Positions 27,915 to 31,092 of a DNA stretch of 31,092 nt are shown piece by piece. Both the position numbers and the translations under genes were made by a program. Source of the DNA: a virus. The notes under the pieces are model-generated. The model made no database searches. It was not told where the DNA came from and was given only the letters and a program-made list of their open reading frames with translations. Location: the UHGV virus genome UHGV-0151410. One strand, written 5' to 3'. The first letter of the stretch is position 1; the number at the start of each line of letters is the position of its first letter.

Positions 27915-28080
27915 TTGTATTCTCAATTCATTCTCAAATAAATCTCACTGTCAGACCATCATTCATTGGGTGATTAAGATATTCTCAAAATGAACTCAAT
28001 AATCACTCTTTTTTTATCTCTTTTGGTGTGGATTTTTAGGTGCTTCTCTATTAAAATTGCATTTTGATTCTCAAATGTGT
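27915..28080. promoter_or_regulatory. parC-like centromere/promoter region with repeated (A/G)TTCTCAA motifs upstream of parM
   Basis: At least four ATTCTCAA copies (27919, 27930, 27981, 28067) plus related TCTCA motifs in an AT-rich region. Confidence 0.55.
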
Positions 28081-28100
28081 CTCAGAAGTGGAGCAAGAAG

Positions 28101-29057
28101 ATGCGCATTTTTATCGATGATGGTTCAACCAATATCAAAATGCTGTGGGAGCACGACGGGGAAACTCGCACTCACATCAGCCCTAACAGCTTTAAGCGCG
28201 GATGGTCAGCAACATTTGGTGCGGGCAAGCCGTTTAACTATGTCATTGACGACGAAAAGTATTCGTATGATTTGATCTCGCCAGATGTTCTGCCGACGAA
28301 TAACGTGGAATGGCAATACAGCCCGCTTAACGTCCTGGCTGTTCACCATGCCCTGCTGACAAGTGGCATTGAGCCGCAGGAAGTAGAAATTGTGGTCACG
28401 CTGCCTCTGGCGGAGTTTTACGACGACGACGCGCAATACAATCTCGATAACATCGAGCGCAAGAAAGCCAGCCTTATGCGCCCCGTCACGCTGAATAAAG
28501 GCAATGTGTTCACGATTAAGAAAGTTACGGTACGCCCGGAGTCTATTCCGGCAGGAATTGGCCTGTGCGACAATCTGAACCCTGCCCATTCTGTTCTTAT
28601 CGTCGATTTGGGTGGAACTACCCTTGATGTTTCAATGGTCGCCGGGCAAATGACGGCAGTTTCCCGTGTTTTTGGCGATTCGAATCTTGGCGTCTCTCTG
28701 GTTACCAGGGAAGTAAGGCAAGCACTTGCCAGAGCCAATACCGAAACGTCAAATTACAATGTCGATCAGCTCATTATTAACCGCCACGATGAAGATTATC
28801 TGAACGACAATATCAATGACCCATCAGCGATTGGTGATGTGAAAAAGGCCATTGCCGCAAGCATTGACCGTCTGCGTACCCGCGTTCTTGATGTGATTGG
28901 CGACTTTAAAGGATATACGCATGTCATGGTGATCGGTGGTGGCGCACCGCTGGTGGCAGATGCAATTCGCGAGCAAGTTAATATTCGTGATGACCGTTTC
29001 TTCGTGGCGGATGACCCGCAACTTGCTCTTGTTCATGGCCTGAAAGCAATCGGTTAA
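28101..29057 (+). CDS. parM: Actin-like plasmid segregation ATPase ParM (StbA)
   Basis: MRIFIDDGSTNIKMLW...ISPNSFKRGW...LAVHHALLTSG...IVDLGGTTLDVS...GYTHVMVIGGGA closely parallels plasmid R1 ParM (MLVFIDDGSTNIKLQW...). ATG at 28101 with SD. Confidence 0.9.
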   Translation: MRIFIDDGSTNIKMLWEHDGETRTHISPNSFKRGWSATFGAGKPFNYVIDDEKYSYDLISPDVLPTNNVEWQYSPLNVLAVHHALLTSGIEPQEVEIVVTLPLAEFYDDDAQYNLDNIERKKASLMRPVTLNKGNVFTIKKVTVRPESIPAGIGLCDNLNPAHSVLIVDLGGTTLDVSMVAGQMTAVSRVFGDSNLGVSLVTREVRQALARANTETSNYNVDQLIINRHDEDYLNDNINDPSAIGDVKKAIAASIDRLRTRVLDVIGDFKGYTHVMVIGGGAPLVADAIREQVNIRDDRFFVADDPQLALVHGLKAIG

Positions 29058-29064
29058 CGAGGTA

Positions 29065-29409
29065 ATGTCCATGTCTCAGGAACGTAAGAAAGTGATGATT
29101 TATCTTCGCCCAGAGGCTTATGCCAATGAAAAGGCGGCGAGCGAGAAGATAAAAAAACATAGCGATATGGCAAGAACCGCATTGTTGGCAGGGCTTGCGC
29201 TGGGAGAAGTCGATAGCAGGCTTCCAGGATTACTGGCTTCCCTGCTGACCGAAGACAATAACCCGGAGCTGATCCGAAAAATGCTGGCATCCTTCCTGGA
29301 ACTACCAGCTGCGGTTGAGGAGCGCCCTGCCTCCATTGAGCCAGTGAAGGAGCAAGTTGTTGCCAAAAGCGCGTCGGCGCGCAATCTGGCTGACTCTCTT
29401 CCTGATTGA
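29065..29409 (+). CDS. parR: ParR-like centromere-binding adaptor (RHH N-terminus)
   Basis: Directly downstream of parM; N-terminal KVMIYLRPEAY...ARTALLAGLALG resembles R1 ParR (…ALTAGLAL…). Start may be the ATG at 29071. Confidence 0.75.
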   Translation: MSMSQERKKVMIYLRPEAYANEKAASEKIKKHSDMARTALLAGLALGEVDSRLPGLLASLLTEDNNPELIRKMLASFLELPAAVEERPASIEPVKEQVVAKSASARNLADSLPD

Positions 29410-29427
29410 CAGAAGATGTGCTGGTTT

Positions 29428-29454
29428 AAGGCTGCAAATTGCAGCCTTTTTTAT
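29428..29454 (+). terminator. Rho-independent terminator after parR
   Basis: AAGGCTGC-AAATT-GCAGCCTT followed by TTTTTTAT. Confidence 0.7.
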
Positions 29455-29461
29455 GCATTAA

Positions 29462-29664
29462 TGGTGTCTAATTGGTGTTAATCTGGAACCAGTTAGGTGC
29501 TGTTATGGTGCAATTTTGTATCTGGTTCCAATTTGGGGCTGATTTCGTGTTAAATAGGATGCAATATAAGGTGTATTTGGTCTGATTGATGTTATACTTT
29601 GCCAAACATTCATGACTCCATTATAGAGCCTGTCCCGCATCAAAAAGGCTCTTATCTGGAACCG
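29462..29664. promoter_or_regulatory. Centromere/operator-like repeat region upstream of parA (TCTGG(A/T)(A/T)CC motifs)
   Basis: TCTGGAACC at 29482 and 29655, TCTGGTTCC at 29521, plus repeated GGTG...TCTGG units. Confidence 0.5.
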
Positions 29665-29696
29665 TTTTGATACCAAAATCACACCGAGGAACGGAT

Positions 29697-30338
29697 ATGA
29701 TTATATTGGTAGCCAGCCAAAAAGGTGGCTGTGGCAAATCAACCACCAGCGTAAATATTTGTGCGGAGCTTGCCCGCGCAAATAAGGACGTAGTTCTACT
29801 TGATGCAGATAAGCAAGGAACATCTGCCCGTTGGGCATCGGACCGTAATGCGGCAGAGGTTTCTCCAGTAATTCATTGCGTCCAGAAGTTTGGGAATATT
29901 CGTGAAACACTTCTTGATCTGGACAAGCGTTATGAATTTGTGGTTGTTGATACCGCTGGTCGTGATAGCAAAGAAATGCGCACCGGTATTACTGCGGCGG
30001 ATGTTTTGCTTGTTCCATTCAGGCCATCTCAGCCAGATTTAGACACTCTGGCGCATTTTGTTGAAGTCTTTGAAGAGGCTTTGGATCTGATGCCTAATCC
30101 TAGCATTAAGGCGTGCGCAGTCTTAACAATGGCCCCATCCAATCCGGTTGTGAATGAAGCCAATGAGGCCAAAGAGTACCTGGCTGAATATCCGCAACTG
30201 AAGTTGCTGAAAACCATCATTCGCGATCGCAAGGTTTACCGCGATTGTATGGCTGAAGGGAAGGGCGTTGTTGAGATGGACAACGGGAAAGCTAAAGGTG
30301 AAATCCAGATGTTGGTTAAGGAGTTATTAAGTGATTAA
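29697..30338 (+). CDS. parA: Small Walker-A partition ATPase (type Ib ParA/ParF-like)
   Basis: MIILVASQKGGCGKSTTSVN... deviant Walker A (KGGxGKS); ~213 aa with no N-terminal HTH; GAGGA SD before the ATG at 29697. Confidence 0.85.
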   Translation: MIILVASQKGGCGKSTTSVNICAELARANKDVVLLDADKQGTSARWASDRNAAEVSPVIHCVQKFGNIRETLLDLDKRYEFVVVDTAGRDSKEMRTGITAADVLLVPFRPSQPDLDTLAHFVEVFEEALDLMPNPSIKACAVLTMAPSNPVVNEANEAKEYLAEYPQLKLLKTIIRDRKVYRDCMAEGKGVVEMDNGKAKGEIQMLVKELLSD

Positions 30339-30618
30339 GCCTCGTAAATCGGTAAAAGCCCCCGAAGTAAAAGACCTCGATCTTGAACGCCGAATTGAGG
30401 CTTTTGCCAGCAAAGCTGATTTGGTGCCGGGTGAGCAACCAGAAGACAACAAAGTGCTCGATAAGGACGCCCCACGTGATTTTAAATCCATTCGTGTTGG
30501 CTTCAATGAATACGAGTACCAGGTACTTGATGCGTTAAGCAAAAAGCATAATCGCAGCAAATTGAATATGATCCGCCATGCTATCCTCATGTTAGCGGAG
30601 TCTGAGGAAGCAAAATAA
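30331..30618 (+). CDS. ParG/ParB-like ribbon-helix-helix centromere-binding protein (partner of the type Ib ParA)
   Basis: 95 aa, GTG start with AAGGAG SD, overlaps the parA stop; C-terminal RHH pattern (IRVGFNEYEYQVLDALSKKHNRSKLNMIRHAILML). Confidence 0.7.
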   Translation: MIKPRKSVKAPEVKDLDLERRIEAFASKADLVPGEQPEDNKVLDKDAPRDFKSIRVGFNEYEYQVLDALSKKHNRSKLNMIRHAILMLAESEEAK

Positions 30619-30659
30619 AGTCTTTCAGGTTGGTTTTAGAACTTAAAAAGTTTTGAACC

Positions 30660-30705
30660 AAAGGTGCACCAATACACCACTAATTTGGTGCACTTTTATA
30701 TCCTT
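30660..30705 (+). terminator. Putative terminator hairpin after the second partition operon
   Basis: AAAGGTGCACCAA ... TTGGTGCACTTT stem-loop followed by TTTTATATCCTTTTT. Confidence 0.5.
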
Positions 30706-30886
30706 TTTGGTACCAATTGTGTACCATTTGTCATTAATTTACTTATGCGCAAAAGTGGGCTTCATGAAAAAGCTCATTATTGAAATAACGATAGAAAGCA
30801 ATTTCTAATCAACTAGTGGTTGTCAGCCTATTCGGCTTATAAGATCATACGCTGTTATACGTTGTTTACGCTTTGAGGAATCCACA

Positions 30887-31092
30887 ATGAGTGAGGCAGA
30901 AGCCCGCCCGACTAACTTTATTCGTCAGATCATCGATGAAGATCTGGCCAGTGGTAAGCACACCACAGTACATACCCGTTTCCCGCCGGAACCAAATGGC
31001 TATCTGCATATTGGTCATGCGAAATCTATCTGCCTGAACTTCGGGATCGCCCAGGACTATAAAGGCCAGTGCAACCTGCGTTTCGACGACAC
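30887..31092 (+). CDS. glnS: Glutaminyl-tRNA synthetase, N-terminal fragment (runs off the window end)
   Basis: [69 protein letters not shown] is the enterobacterial GlnRS N-terminus including the HIGH motif. Confidence 0.95.

Noticed and set aside
30706-30886. Small ORF (MKKLIIEITIESNF) between the partition operon and glnS
   Set aside because: 14 codons, no clear Shine-Dalgarno; more likely promoter or leader sequence of glnS or junction DNA.
1-31092. tRNA, rRNA, integrase or transposase genes
   Set aside because: No cloverleaf-like tRNA candidates, no recombinase other than the invertase, and no IS-like terminal inverted repeats with a transposase ORF were recognised by eye.

Overview
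The window reads as part of a phage-plasmid with a P1-like contractile-tail virion module, abutting the 5' end of chromosomal-type glnS. All calls are from reading the sequence and ORF track by eye; no searches were run. Left to right: (1) the 3' end of a Gin/Cin/Hin-family serine invertase gene; (2) a ~6.95 kb invertible tail-fibre segment bounded by hix/gix-like 26-bp crossover sites inside ~145-bp inverted repeats, carrying two alternative fibre C-terminal segments and two cognate assembly chaperones; (3) minus-strand baseplate genes and a 1314-aa tape-measure-like gene; (4) a plasmid replicon (DnaA box, phased T-tracts, 19-bp iterons, Rep_3-type repA, downstream control iterons) embedded between tail genes; (5) minus-strand tube-like, sheath, Ig-like and probable major capsid genes; (6) an AT-rich, oppositely oriented two-gene cassette of unknown function; (7) an overlapping spanin-like pair and a PAAR-like spike-tip gene; (8) two tandem partition systems (ParM/ParR and a small Walker-A ParA with an RHH partner), each with upstream repeat arrays; (9) the start of glnS. 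Most notable: a ~395-bp perfect inverted repeat nested inside the invertible segment, a possible -1 frameshift site at the capsid stop leading towards an Ig-like ORF, the two-gene cassette, and the glnS junction.
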